Positions 50,516 to 64,000 of a stretch of 64,000 nt of DNA are shown one piece after another. Both the position numbers and the translations under genes were made by a program. The stretch is from Torpedo marmorata (lineage: Eukaryota): NCBI GenBank assembly GCA_977017645.1, contig OZ360228.1, positions 97,278,001 to 97,342,000 on the forward strand, read 5' to 3'. Below the pieces are notes generated by a model. It searched no databases. It saw only the letters and a list, made by a program, of their open reading frames with translations, and was not told the origin of the DNA. Every line of letters begins with the position of its first letter. The first letter of the stretch is position 1.

Positions 50516-52320
50516 GTCAAGTCACCTTTATTTGTCGTTCATTACCATATAAGACGAGATAGCGTTTCTCCAGGACCATGGGAAGATGTACATAAATATC
50601 ATAATACAATAGAAAAAACTATAACATGCTAATACACATATATATCTAGGAATTGAGGAGCCTGATGGCTTGCGGGAAAAAACTGTTGCACAGTCTGGAC
50701 GTACGAGCCCGAATGCTTCGGTACCTCCTTCCAGATGGCAAAAGGGAAAACAGTTTACCAAAGGGGTGTGAGAAATCCTTCACAATGTTTTTAGCCTTCC
50801 TCATGCATCGTGTGTTGTAGATGTCCGTCATGGTGGGGAGAGAGACTCCAATAATTTTCTCCGCTGACCCCACTATCCTCTGCAGGGTCTTTCGGTCCGA
50901 GATGGTAGTTACCAAACCAAGCGGTGATGCAATTGCTCAGAATACTCTCAATACATCCCCTGTAGAATGTAGTAAGGATAGGGGGTGGGAGATGAACTTT
51001 CCTCAGCCTTCGCAGGAAGTAAAGACGCTGCTGGGCTTTCTTGGCTATGGAGCTGGTGTTGAGGGACCAGCTGAGACTCTCCGCCAAGTGCACTCCAAGA
51101 AACTTGGTACTCTTTACGACCTCAATGGTAGAGCCGTCCATGGTCAATGGAGAATGATCCCCCCGGGCCCTTCTGAAGTCGACAACCAACTCTTTTGTTT
51201 TGTTTACATTCAGATGCAGGTTGTTGGCTCCGCACCATTCCATTAGCGACTGCACCTCATCTGTATGCTGACTCATCGTTCTTACTGATAAGGCTCACCC
51301 CACGGTCGTATCATCAGCAAACTTTATGATGTGATTCGAGCTGTGTTTTGCTGCACAGTCATGAGTCAGCAGGGTGAACAGCAATGGACTAAGCACACAG
51401 CCCTGGGGAGCCCCTGTGCTCAATGTAATGACCTTAGAAGTGCTGTTTCCAATCCGGACTGCCTGAGATCTTCCTGTCAGGAAGTCTAGGATCTAATTAC
51501 AGAGGGTGTAGTTTAGGCCCAGCCCGCTCAAATTCCCTATCAGGTACTGAGGTATGATCGTGTTGAATGCCGAGCTGAAGTCAATAAACAGCATTCGAAC
51601 ATACGCGTCCTTATTTTCCAGGTGGGTGAGGGCTAGGTGGAGGGTGGTAATGATGGCATCATCTGTGGAGCGGTTTGATCTATATGCGAACTGCAGGGGG
51701 TCCAGTGAGGGGGGCAGCAGAAGCTTGATGTGCCTCATGACGAGCCTGTCGAAGCACTTCATGAAGGTAGATGTGAGTGCGACAGGGCGGTAGTCATTGA
51801 GGCAGGACACCGTCGACCTCTTCTGCACGGGGATGATGGTAGCGGCTTTGAAGCATGTTGGACCCATGGCACTGCTCTGGGAGATGTTAAAGATGTCGGT
51901 GAGAACATCAGCCAGCTGGGCCGCACATCCGCTGAGCACTCTGCCGGGAATGTTATCTGGCCCAGCAGCTTTCCGTGGGTTAACCTTGCTTAACACTCTC
52001 CTCACGTCGGCCACTGAAACACAGCACCTGATCATTTGGAGGAGAGGTTGTCTTCTTTGCCACTATATCATTTTTCGCCTCAAAACGCACGTAGAAGTTG
52101 TTCAGTGCATCTGGGAGGGAGGCATCACCAGCACAGTCAGATGGTGGAGTCTTGTGGTTGGTGATATCTTGAATGCCCTTCCACATGCGTCGCGTGTCCT
52201 TGCTGTCCTGAAAGTGTCTGAATTCGCTGGGCATGTGCACGCTTTGCCTCCCTGATGGCCTTAGACAGCTTGGCTCTTGCAATAGCTAGGGTTACCTTGT
52301 CGCCCGCACTGAAGGCAGAG
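50516..52320 (-). mobile_element. Rex1/Babar-type LINE, 5'-truncated
   Basis: [59 protein letters not shown]; tail AATAAAGGTGACTTGAC. Confidence 0.9.
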
Positions 52321-52524
52321 TTAATGATTCTGATTATGGAATGAATGGCTTTGTGGTCAAGTCTGCAGATGATACGAAGGTAGGTGGAGGAGCAGGTAGT
52401 ATAGAGGAAACACGAAGGCTGCAGAAGGACTTAGACAGATTAGGAGAATAGGCAGAGAAGTGGCAAATTAAATATAATGTCAGAAAGTGTACGGTCATGC
52501 ACTGTGGTAGAAAAAATAAATGGG

Positions 52525-52564
<40 letters not shown>

Positions 52565-55109
52565 ATGGGGAGAAAATTGAAAATACCCAGTTGCAAAGGG
52601 ACCTGGGAGTCCTCCTGCAGGATAGCCTGAAGTTAAACTTGCAGGTTGAGACGGTGGTGAAGAAGGCAAATGTAATGCTGGCATTCATTTCAAGAGGAAT
52701 AGAATACAAGAGCAGGGGTGTGATGTTGAAGCTTTATGAGACCTCATTTGGAGTATTGTGAGCAGTTTTCGGCTCCTCATTTAAGATCTGCTGATGTTGG
52801 AGAGGGTTCTAAGGAGGTTCACTAGGATGATTCCAGAAATGAAAGGGTTATCATTCCAGGAGCATTTGACAGCTCTTGGCCTGTATTTGCTGGAATTTAA
52901 GAGAACGAGGGGGGATTTCATTGAAACATTTCGAATGTTGAAAGGAGTGGGCAGTTGATGCAGAAAGGTTGTTTCTCATGGTGGGAGAGTCTTGGACTAG
53001 AGGGCACAACTTCAGGATTGAAGGGTGTCTGCTTCGAACAGGAATTTCTTCAGCCAGAGGGTGGTAAATTTGTGGAATTTGTTGCCACAGGCAGTTGTGG
53101 AGGCCAGGTCATTGGGTATATTTAAGACAGAGATTAATAGGTTCTTGATTAGCCAGGGCATCAAAGGTTATGGAGAGAAGGCCGGGCAGTGGGAAAATGG
53201 ATGAGCTTCATGATTAAATGGTGGGGCAAACTCAATGGGCTGAATCGCCTATTTCTGTCATAAGACATAGGAGTAAACAACACTTCAGATGTTTATACTG
53301 CTAAAATTCATGTTATATGTTACTTTCATTATTCAGACCCTGCTTGGTTGAATGATGTCAAACAGATAATGAGTGATTTTCCTTGTTTATACTGTCCTAG
53401 TTCAAAGCCAAAACCCATATTGTGCACTTTCCTGCATCTATTCTTTAATTCATATTGCTAAACAAAGTTGCTAAAAATGAAATTTTAAAAATGATAATTG
53501 CTTGAATGACAATGGATGAAAGTAAGGAGCAGGAGAATGCCACTTTGTCCCTCATGTCTACCCAATAAGATCACATCTGATCTGATTGTTAACCAAATCT
53601 GACTGTGCTCACAGTAACTCTTTATTCTCTTTCTTGCTTATCAAGAATCTATTTAACTCTTCTTCAAAGACCAGTCGAAGCAGAGTCTTAGTTTCTTTTT
53701 CATGTAGAGACTTCTAGTGACTTGTAACCCTAACAAAAAAAATCATATGGTTGTGTTAATTGGGCAAACTCTAGTTCTAGGTACTCCCAGAAGAGGAAAC
53801 ATAATCATCATAAACACTATGAAAACTTCTCAGGATCTAGAATATTTCAATTAAATCAGCTCTCACTTAAAAAAAATTTCAATCTTCCATATGAAAAAGT
53901 AATCTTGAAATGGCACCAATATTCCAACTTGGGAAACTCCACACCAGGTTGAACTGATCTGGGTTCCACAAACATTAATCAGATAACAATCATACTGTTT
54001 TAGAGAATAATATTGATTAAAAATAACACCCTTTTTACCTCTGGGTAACATGAGAAAAATCAATACATACCCATCAGTGGATTCAGTTTGATAGGACTTC
54101 TGGTCGTGCAGAATTCCCTCATTGCACTGAAGTGTTAGCCTCGATCACATACTCAGTCTTTGCAATGGTTCTTACAAATATGGCATTCTGACTTAAAAGA
54201 GAATGCTTCGACTGAACCATGGCGTTTGTGCAGCATCTTTTGTGCAACCTAACTTATAGAGCCCCAAAAGGCATGAGAGTGAAGATGAGAGACACATTTT
54301 GGAATGATGCAAATGTAGAAGGCTGAAGTTGTATCAGAAGAGAATCATAAAGTGCAGAGAACATTGCTTGAGCCTCCTCCACTGTACAGCAAAGTGAGAA
54401 ACAGACAGGATGAAAGAGTAAAGTGTTTTGGGGCATGGGACCAAAGAAGATTGGAGGATTGGAGTTTAAGAAATTCCTGGAAGTATTTGAAATATGGGTG
54501 AAGACTAGATGGCTGACAAAGACCAAAAAGATTACTCTTGTGGGATGTTGTGGTCCACAAGTTATTTGAAAATAATTTCATTGTATCGAGGTTGCAAATC
54601 ATAATTTAAGAAATTGGCCACATTATGGATGAAATCGTCATGAACGTTGTGGTACATAAAGTGTTAGGACTGAAAAGCAAAACTCCTGGTGATTCATGTG
54701 ATAGGAACATCAATGTTTGGCTTTGGTTGTTCAAGATGGATATGCATATTGTTGGGTTATGTGAACTAAATTGATGAAATGGTAGATTAAGTCAGTGCCT
54801 AAGCCTTCTAATTACTGAAATAAAAGCATAAAATGTTGGACATAATTAGAATGTTATGCAGCAATCAGAGGGGAAAAACTCTGGTACAATCTTTAATCAT
54901 AGCCAAGAAAAGAGAAATTAAACATATTTCAAGTTACAGAGAAATGGAGGGATGGAGAAAAAGGGAATAACAGTTATAGGGTGGAAACCAAGAGTAATAG
55001 ATGTAGCGCTGGTGTTTGCTGAGAGAGGGTAATGAAGATTGATAAACGCAGCTGAAAGAGAAATAAATAAAAGGAAATTAAAGTGATCAGAGGAATAAAA
55101 CAAACATGC

Positions 55110-55440
55110 TGGGACAGTGAGAGAAACTCTGCAGTTGCTGCCAATCTAAGTAAATAGAATGTCAGAAGCATTCAACAGTTTCAGTGGAGAGAAAATTTCA
55201 ATTAGCTGACCTACAATCTAAAACAAATCCAAAGGGCTGCAACATGCCATCAAAGAATGAGATATTGCTTCTTAAGCTTCCACTTGTCTTTAAAGGGTCA
55301 CTGTAAGAGAAATTGGGAGTGGGATAGAGAGCTAAAATGAAAGGCAACTGGAAGTTCAATCATCCTTGCAGACTGAACAACACGTGAGCACCACATGCCA
55401 AATTCTGCTGGAAGTTGGAGCACAACTTCAACCATGTCGA
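55110..55440 (-). mobile_element. Ancient Penelope-like remnant
   Basis: Weak similarity to the PLE terminus and GIY-YIG C-terminal region. Confidence 0.35.
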
Positions 55441-55908
55441 TTTCAGCCGGAAAAGCTGATATCACATTTAGGCTGCTGGCGACTCGAGGCGAGGAACCCG
55501 CGGAGGCTGTGGGCTGCTGGAGACTGCTGTCGGGGGACTCACACTGGGCTGCGGACTGCTGGAGGATGGCTCGAACTGGCTGGAGGAGTACCAGGTATCG
55601 GAACCGGGATGCGAGGGGGTGCCGAGGGTGACCTGACTGTGTCGGAGGTTCACATCTGGAGCTTGGATTGCCGATGGTTTGGTCTGGACTTTGTGGCTGC
55701 GGAAGCGCTGGAGGCGAATCTACGGACACTTGGTGACTCTGGGGGGACTCTCTTTTGCTTCTCTTTCTCTGACTTATAAGGAACGTTAGAGGCGCTTAGG
55801 CAATTTCTGCCGGTGGCGAATCTGTCTGCCTTGCAGCAGGCAAAAAGAAATTTCATGGAATATGACACTGTCTTATTACTATGACAATAAATTGAATCTT
55901 GATCTTGA
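55440..55908 (+). mobile_element. GC-rich short retroposon with a Rex-like tail
   Basis: Ends in aagaaatttcatg...tatgacaataaattgaatcttgatcttga, similar to the tail at about 62140-62200. Confidence 0.55.
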
Positions 55909-56040
55909 GGACTTTAACCACAGTACCAAACTTCTGAACATGTACTAAAGCTTCTTGACCGTCGTTTTTATTATTTTTTAAAAATAACTGGGACATCGGA
56001 TCGACTTTAACATAATTATTGAGAAAATTCCAGCGTGTAC

Positions 56041-56139
56041 CTTATTTAGACAAACATCCACTGCCGGCTCTTTGAGTCTGATGGTAGCTTTTCCTTCTTC
56101 CACGAATTTTGTGAAACAATGTTCTATATTTCCTTTCAC
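56041..56139 (-). CDS. LRR1: LRR1 coding exon 2
   Basis: cag|GTG...AAG|gt; encodes VKGNIEHCFTKFVEEGKATIRLKEPAVDVCLNK (99 nt). Confidence 0.93.
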
Positions 56140-56212
56140 CTGCGAAGAGATTTGTATTAAAATGTATTCCAAGCTTCTTAATTTAGTAAGTTATACAAAA
56201 ACGACCACTCAC

Positions 56213-56398
56213 CTTGTATTTACAACCCGATTTGTCTTTCAAGGTACAAATCAAGAGGTGAATTGTTGAGTTGTTTTTGATGCCCCGATCGTGGTGCTTT
56301 CCTATTGACAGAACGGCTCGGTTGCCTTTCCCCTTGTTCCTCATACCGAAGGTCGGGAGCATCCGATTGATGACTTCCACCTCACACTGGAGTTTCAT
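56213..56398 (-). CDS. LRR1: LRR1 coding exon 1
   Basis: MKLQCEVEVINRMLPTFGMRNKGKGNRAVLSIG...YK|gtgagt; the four exons sum to 1266 nt (421 aa plus stop); an in-frame upstream ATG also exists at 56434. Confidence 0.93.
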
Positions 56399-56479
56399 TA
56401 TATCTGTGATAAAATGATCACCTACTGTAGACATAATTCTGAGCTATCAGAGAATACAGCATTCCCTTGGACGACAAGC

Positions 56480-56700
56480 ACATAAACAAGTTACCAATAT
56501 GAATACACGGTGTACTTGTTTCCAATTGGCTAACTTCACGATTCAAACCACCACTGATAGGAGTTTAAATCGTGTCAAACAAAGGAGAGAACGCCCCCTT
56601 CTCCTCCCCTCCGCGCCGACCAACCACGAGGAGCTCAGGGTCAGTAAAAAATTACAGCAGTCAACGGGGAGGCGAAAGATGCACCCGGATGGGGAGAAAG
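56480..56700 (-). promoter_or_regulatory. Candidate LRR1 promoter (CCAAT boxes, CHR-like TTTAAA, E2F-like TTTCGCC, local CpGs)
   Basis: CCAAT near 56495 and 56522-56529; gtttaaat near 56563; ggcgaaa at 56671. Confidence 0.45.
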
Positions 56701-57932
56701 GACACTGAGTCCACATGTAGGAAGGAGTGATAATAAATGACAATGGATGAAAAACCAGGGGCGATTCAGGGATTCACTCCACAGTGAGGAGGGAGAGGCA
56801 AAACTGGTGAGGATGGGGAAAGTCCAGATTGAAGTCAAAATTAAAACTATGAAAATTGTATTTGTTAAAAGGGCTAGCTGTAAAGCTGTGTGTGAAGTGC
56901 CAAGTGGGAGAAAGGTCACGCTTCCTTTTGTCAAGCGTACCCATGCTCTTCTCTTTCATTTGTCGTTCCAAATTTGCAGTACAAAGCACTCACTCCATTG
57001 TATGCCTATGATGCTGCCGCTTTGTCGGCACTATAAACAAGATTATTAAACGTGTCACAATCAATTCGTTTTTATACAAATGTCCATATTTGGTTATTAA
57101 GCGGCAAAGTTTAAAATGACTTGCAGTGTATGAATTTAGCTAGGTTTTAATTCTGCACCCAAAGCAGCCAGTATGTATGTTGTAACCGCCATGAGTATAA
57201 GCCGCTGTGGCACGTACAGAACATTCACCAGGGTACAATCTAAGACCCCAGCTTTGTAGCAGAGAACATTGTGAACGAAAGCGAGTCACGTTCGCCGTGT
57301 TCTGCACAAAATCATGCAAATTAGTATTCGTCATAAGTGGAAAACAAATCCCATCAGGCTTCTTACAACTAAAATGTTTAATTCAAGCTTGAAAAATGAA
57401 ATTTACCCTAGACCCTTTTTACCCTCGTCAACGCCATTATTTATTATTACCACATTAATGTGCCATTTCTAATAATTGCTGGAGAGTAAAATACTGAAGT
57501 GTACAGAGGGTTAAAATATACTTCCATACAAAATCTAACATATTTTGCAAAGGGACATTTTTATAGCACTCCAACATTTAATAGTAAAGATTTTCCCAAA
57601 ATGTGCGTTTTATCCTTAAGAATATCCATAAAAGCATTTTGTATTTTATGCAGAAACTTTGTTTAAAAAATGAAATTGAAGAACATGCTCAGCGACAAAC
57701 AGAAATGTAATACTTCTAGTGCGGAGCAAAGACCCAGTCCACACAGAAGGCACCATACAAATAAAGTTCTTTCCTTATTACACTAGTTTCAGTGCTTTTG
57801 TCCATTGATATATATTCACAATCAAAAATGTGTATGCACCAATCCGAATCCGCTTTACAGCTCAATCTTTTAAGAAAATTCATTTCGAATTTTTAACTGT
57901 ACTTCATTCTGAAGTGAAAGGTAATTGACACA

Positions 57933-60641
57933 GACTGCTACCTGCAGGAGAAGACGCTGGAGCCTCCCACGCTGACTGCCACTGGAGTCCTGATCTCGCT
58001 ACTGGATCCCACTAACTTATCCCCCTCACTACTCCTTCCCTATCCTCCTCCACCTCTCCCTACTCCACCCTCATCTCCTCCTCCTCTCTGCCCCCCTCTT
58101 CTCCCCACCCCTCAGACCTCACCCCCCCTCTCTCTGGCTACCCCCCTCTCCCCCCCCCAACCCCCCTCCAACCAGCCCCAACCCTCCACAACACCGATCC
58201 CCACTCTCACCCCTGCTTGGTTTTTACTATCCCCTCTGACCTTCCCCTCTGTGAGACAGAGCGCTCGGTCCTCAGTAGAGGCCTCACTTTCGTCCCCCTC
58301 CGCCAACACCTCAACGAGTTCCGTGCACGCCGCGATGCCAAACTCTTCTTCCGTCGCCTCCGGGCTCACTTCCTTGACCGTGCCTCACACCCCCCCACCC
58401 AAGACCCTTTCTCCCACTTCAAGCCTTCTTCCTCTTCCTGGCCACTTCATCCTGGCCAGCTGCCTGCTCTGGACCTTTTTATTTCCAACTGCCTCTGAGA
58501 CATCAACCGTCTCAACTTTACCACCCACCTCTCGTATTCCAACCTCTCCTCCTCAGAACGCTCTGCCCTCCACAACAATCCCAACCTCACCATCAAACCA
58601 GAAGACAAGGGCGGTGCAGTTGTGGTCTGGCACACTGACCTCTACCTTGCCGAGGTCAGTCGATAGCTCTCAGACACCTCCTCCTATTGACCCCTCCAAC
58701 AGGACCCCACCACTACACATCAAGCCACTGTCTCCAACACCATCTCCAACCTCATCACCTACAGTCACCTCCCCGGCCATCAACCTCATTCTCCCCCACC
58801 CCAGCACTGCCCGTTTCTACCTTCTACCCAAGATACACAAACCCAACTATCCGGGCAGACCCATTGTTTCTGCCTGCTCCTGCCCCACCGAACTAGTTTC
58901 ATCTTTCCTTGACTCCATCTTTTCTCCCCTGGTCCAATCCCTCCCCACCTACATCTGCGACACCTCACATGCCCTCCATCTCCTCAATGACTTCAGATTC
59001 TCTGAACCGGACCGCATCATCTTCACAATGGATGTCTAATCCCTTTATACCTCTATCCCCCACACAGAAGGTCTGAAAGCACTTCGCTTCTTCCTGGACC
59101 AAAGACCCGACCAGTCACCCTCTACCACCACCCTCCTCCACCTGGCAGAACTTGTCCTCACTCTAAATAACTTCTCCTTTAACTCATCCCACTTCCTCCA
59201 AATCAAAGGAGTAGCCATGGGTACCCGCATGGGTCCCAGCTATGCCTGCCTGTTTGTGGGCTTTGTGGAGCAATCCATGCTGCAAGCCTACACAGGCAAG
59301 ACCCCTCATCTCTTCCTCCGGTATATCGATGACTACATCAGGGCTGCCTCATGCACCCGCGATGAGCTTGTCAATTTCATCAACTTCGCGTCCAACTTCC
59401 ACCCCGATCTCAAACTCACCTGGTCCATCTCCGATAACACTCTCCCCTTCCTGGATTTCGGTCTCCATCTCGGGAGACAAGCTTTCCACCGACATATACT
59501 ACAAACCCTCCAACTCCCACAACTACCTGACTACACTTCCTCACACCCTGTCCCCTGCAAGGATTCCATCCCCTTCTCGCAATTTCTCCGTCTCCGCCGC
59601 ATCTGTTCCCAAGATGAGGTATTCCAGTCCAGATCTTCTGAAATGACTGCCTTCTTCCACAAACATGGCTTCCCCTCCACTACCATCAACTCAGCCCTCA
59701 CCCGCATCTCCATTTCTCCGCTCATCTGCCCTGGCCCCCTCTGCCCCCAGACATAAACATAAATCCTCACCTACCACCCCACCAGCCTCCGCATCCAACA
59801 CATTATCCGCCGGAATTTCCGGCACTTACTTTAGGATCCCACCACCAGACACATCTTTCCTTCTCCTCCCCTCTCGGCCTTCCGCAGGGACCGCTCCCTC
59901 CGCGATTCACTCGTGCACTCATCCCTCCCCACCCATCGCACCCCCGGCACCTTCCCCTGTGCCCGCAGGAGGTGCAACACTTGCGCCCACACCTCCTCCC
60001 TCACCACGGTCCGGGGCCCAAACAGGCCTTTCAAGTAAAGCAACACTTCACGTACATCCAGAGAACTTATTTACTGCATCCGGTGCTCCCTTTGTGGCAT
60101 TCTCTACATCGGAGAGACCGGTTGTAGATTGGGAGATCACTTCACTGAGCACCTCCTCTCCGTCCGCAACAACTGCGACCTCCCAGAAGCCAACCATTTC
60201 AATTCCGAGTCACACTCCCATGTCTGTCCATGGCCTTATGTACTATCCCACTCAGACCACCCGCAGATTGGAGGAACAACACCTTATTTTCTGTCTGGGC
60301 ACTCTCCAGCCAGATGGCATTAACATTGACTTTTCTGCTCTCCACTAAACCTGCTTGTCTTTTCCTTCCCCTCCCCCCTCACCTGTCCGTCCTGTTTTTT
60401 TCCCACCCACCCAGCCATCCCTCCTCCCCCTCTTTGCTGCTGTCCCCTACCTCCTTTCTCCACCTATCATCTCCTGCCTTTGCCACTCCCCCCCCACACT
60501 CTTTTGTTCGGACACCTGCCGGCATTTTCTCATACTTTGATGAAGGGCTCAAGCCCGAAACGTCGGTTATGTATTTCTACCTTTGCTACATAAAAGACAC
60601 TGTTTGACCTGCTGAGTTTCTCCAGCATTTGTGTTTTTACC
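57933..60641 (+). mobile_element. Penelope-like element (long, frameshifted RT and GIY-YIG)
   Basis: SVLSRGLTFVP, DKGGAVVVW, YLLPKIHK, GRPIVS, RYIDD; TSD ttgacaca at 57925-57932 and 60642-60649. Confidence 0.92.
60531..60571 (+). ncRNA. Minimal hammerhead ribozyme motif
   Basis: catactttgatgaagggctcaagcccgaaacgtcggttatg. Confidence 0.75.
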
Positions 60642-61039
60642 TTGACACAAATATAAACTGTTTATCCTTCTCCTGGGAAGCTAGCAGATCTTCAGTATTG
60701 CCAACATTTTCTATTTTCCTTCAACATTCATCTGATTTAAAAAAAAATTGAAACACGATATGATTCAACATTCAAAGATGTAGGGCACTGACTCAGTAAG
60801 CAGCCATGCTCAGTCTTGTTCAAATCGGTTGGACCAGACAAAACATTAGTTGCTGATTACACTATTTTTCCTGAATAGTGAAACTCCTGCTTCTTTGAAG
60901 ATTCTCCAGTATATCTAGGACTCAATAATATATTTATTAGAGCTTGGTGCTTATAGAAAACAAGTTATAGAATCCATAGTCACACAAGTCATAATAAGTT
61001 ATAGAAAGCTAGAAAATCAAATTTGGTGCAGTAGGAACA

Positions 61040-62200
61040 GCAAAGCTTCGCTCCAAGATGAGCTCAATGCCTCTATGCCCGATTTGACCACCAGAACAAG
61101 GAAGAACCACTGCACAGCCCCACATCCCCTGATGATCCTCTACTGTCAGTAGACGAAGATGACGTGCGGGCTGCCTTCAGGAGAGCGAATCCAAGATCCG
61201 GGCCTCAATACCCCGCTGTGCAATTGGATACTAGACTTCCTCCTCTCCAGACTCCAATCACTGCAGATTGGCAAGAACATCTCCTCCACAATCTCCATCA
61301 GTACCGGAGCACCACAGGGCTGCGTACTTAGCCCCCTGCTCTATTCGCTTTACACCTATGACTGTGTGGCTCGGTTCGACAACAACACGATATACAAATT
61401 TGCTGACAATACCACTGTAATAGGCTGTATAAAAAGGGGCGATGAGTCAGCATTCAGGAGGAAGATTGAAAACTTAGCTGAATGGTGTACTAACCACAAC
61501 CTCGCACACAATGTCACCAAAACCAAGGAGCTGATTGCGGACTTCAGGAAGGGAAAACCAGAGGTGTACGATCCAGTGATCATTGGGGGATGGGAGGTGG
61601 AGCGAGTGAGCAAATTTAAATTCCTGGTAGTCACTATCTCGGAGGACATTTCCTGGACCCAACATACTAATGTCATTGTGAAGAAAGCTCGTCAGTGCCT
61701 CTGCATCCTCAGGAGTTTGGAGGTTCGGTAAGACATTGGAAACCTTGGCAACCGTCTACAGATGTGTCGTGGAAAGTGTGCTGACCGGCTGCATCAGAGC
61801 CTGGTATCGGGGCACCAATACCTGAGTGTAAAGCCCTGTAAAAGGTAGTGGACACAGCCCAGTACATCACAGGCAAAACTCTCCCCATTATCGAGATAAT
61901 CTACCTCAAACACTGCCGTCAGAATGCAACAGCAATCATCAAGGATTCACACCACCCAGTACATGCTTTGTTCTTGCTGCTGCCATCTGGAAAGAAGTAT
62001 AGGTGCCACAAGACTCACATCTCTGAGTTCAGGAATAGCTGCTACCCCTCAACCATCAGAGTCCTGAACAACATTTCTTTCTTCGCGAGTCCAGTTTACA
62101 GTTACCGGTAATTAGAAATTCTACCTGGCCCACAGGAAAAAGAATCTCAGGGTTGGATGTGATGTCATTTTTGTATTCTGACAATAAATTTGAACTTTGA
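61040..62200 (+). mobile_element. Rex1/Babar-type LINE fragment with an internal deletion
   Basis: [45 protein letters not shown]; tail gacaataaatttgaactttga. Confidence 0.85.
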
Positions 62201-64000
62201 TAAAGTGCTTTTAATGAAGAAATGTTTCAACTTCTCAAATCGGTTTAAACCATTTGCCTATTTTGACACCATCCACAGAAAGTTAGCAGCTCCTTGCCTT
62301 TTGCCAATGCCACCAAAATGTGAGAACAGCTAGGACAATTTGTCAATGGAGAAAAACTCATCATTTTGAACATGCATTTCCACAGTGCCTTAAAACAACA
62401 GAAGATATTTTCAGGAACAACCAGGGGACTGCGTGGGTAATTTATCAAAAGCCGGTTATCGAAATATAATTTGAAGTCTTAAAAGTTAGAAAAGGCCAGA
62501 ACGACAATTCCAGCTGGCCAGGTCCAGGATCCAAAAGCACAGCAATCAGTGGCAGTGATTAAAATCAGCAGTAAAAAAGAGCTACGAAGACTGCAGAGGA
62601 CTCATGGCAAGAAGGCTTGTGACTGTTAGCCAGAGCTCATTGCTGTAGAAAGCTAGAAAGTGCATGAAGCAAAAGGAGTAAAATATTAAAAAAGGTATTA
62701 GGAAAGAAAAGAAAATATTAATAGGTAAAGTAAGAGTTTAAAGGGAATGAGGGTTCCAAATATAATGTAATAGAGACAAAAATAGCAATGAATGTGGCGA
62801 CAACTGGTATGGTTCTGAAAGTTACAATGCAGACACTAAAACATTGGATATGCAAAAGTTTAGCATCTTTAAAAATGGAAAATTATTTAAGAAATAGGAG
62901 CAAGTTCCTCCATAGACCAGAGATCTATCTATAACCATGTTCAATAATCCAATTACCTCAACTCTCTAGGTAGGGAATCAAAAATATTACAACGACATTC
63001 CTCCATCTGTTTTAAATGGATAGCCCATTAAACAATGCCCTCTTGTTCTAAATTATTCAACAAGGGAAAACATCTTTGGAACACATCTCTATTGTCACCA
63101 GAGAATCTTTAATACTTCAATTTTTCATTGTTCATTTGATCACCTTTCTTTTTAATAAACCCCAGTAAGCATTTGTTCTGTGCAAAGCAACCTGTTCATC
63201 CTATGCAACAAAAAAAAAAAAATCTGCTGGAAGAATTCAGCAGGTCGAGAAGCAACAGTGGAAGAAAAGGAATGATCAAAAGTCTTAATGTTGGGTTCAG
63301 ATCCTAAATGGTAACTATTCTTTCTCTGCTGGTGCAGGTCCAGCAACTTGTTTTTGCTTCAGATTCCAGCATCTGCAGTCTCCTGTTTATCCCAGGAATC
63401 GATTTGGCGAATCTTCTCCAAAGCAAGTATATTTGTCCTCAAATAATAAGGCCAAGGTTATGTGCAGTTCTCCGGCTGTTTTCTCACTGACACCCTGAGC
63501 AGTTGCAGCATGACTTTCTTTGTTTTGTGCTCAGACTCTTTGCAATAAATGATAACATTCCCACTGCCTCGGAAAGACTGCCAATATATTTCAGGACACA
63601 TCCCACCCCAGTCACATTCTTACACCCCACTTACATCAGTCAGAAGATACACAAGTTTGAAAACATGAACCTCCAGATTCAAGGACAGTTTCTTTCCTGC
63701 TGTTATCAGACTCTTGAATGAAGTTTTCACTGGTAAACAATGTCCGTGCACTGTTTAACTGTACTTTTCTCTGTATCTTGCACTTTACCCTAACAGCACT
63801 ATACTCTGCACGTTTTGATTTACTACAATACTTGTTTTATTATTGCACTCCCAACTCATGTATGGACTGACTTGCCTAAATAGCAAGCAAAGTTTTTCTT
63901 ACTGTATCTGTATGCATGATAAACAATTCAATATTCTATTTATCTTAATTCCTTGATATACATGCATGCTAACATCCTGTTATAGGATAGCCAGACCACT

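Larger units (their letters stand above)
45840..53260 (+). mobile_element. Long CR1 LINE (ORF1 esterase end and ORF2) split by four nested insertions
   Basis: VVVHIGTNDIG (SGNH esterase), YLNAHSIRNK, ITESWL, YRPVNLTS, YLDFQKVFDKVPH, PQGSVLGP and ADDTK are collinear across the inserts. Confidence 0.9.

Noticed and set aside
56700-64000. RPS29 and 7SL RNA expected here from human synteny; a TOP-like cttccttttg at 56921 and tgttcaaatcgg near 60817
   Set aside because: No MGHQQL/CRQCF-type coding sequence or 7SL motif found; the short matches do not extend

Overview
Vertebrate genomic DNA, most likely from a cartilaginous fish (inferred from the mix of CR1, Rex, Penelope, V-SINE and Gmr1 repeats). 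It is syntenic with the human 14q21 block LRR1-MGAT2-DNAAF2. Host genes are the last coding exon of DNAAF2 (+, 1744-2397), the uninterrupted MGAT2 CDS (-, 29349-28045, 434 aa) with a CpG-island promoter, and a complete four-exon LRR1 (-, 56398-42124, 421 aa). Most of the rest is nested mobile DNA. There are two Gmr1-type Gypsy LTR elements (gene order PR-IN-RT-RH, tRNA-Pro PBS) and a solo LTR. There is also a full-length decayed L1, four Penelope-like insertions carrying five hammerhead-ribozyme motifs, CR1 and Rex LINEs, V-SINEs, Chapaev3-like elements and Tigger/Tc2-like MITEs, plus a 12 x 53 bp minisatellite in LRR1 intron 2. The most notable observations are: (1) both Gmr1 copies share the same in-frame deletion of the RT catalytic core, pointing to an RT-less lineage mobilised in trans; (2) all five Penelope hammerheads carry U instead of C at core position 3; (3) two Penelope insertions have an inverted, fold-back structure; (4) MGAT2 has a candidate 5'UTR intron containing a uORF, plus tandem UPRE motifs; (5) an unexplained hairpin sits next to an octamer motif upstream of LRR1. 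All family assignments come from motif recognition, not database searches.
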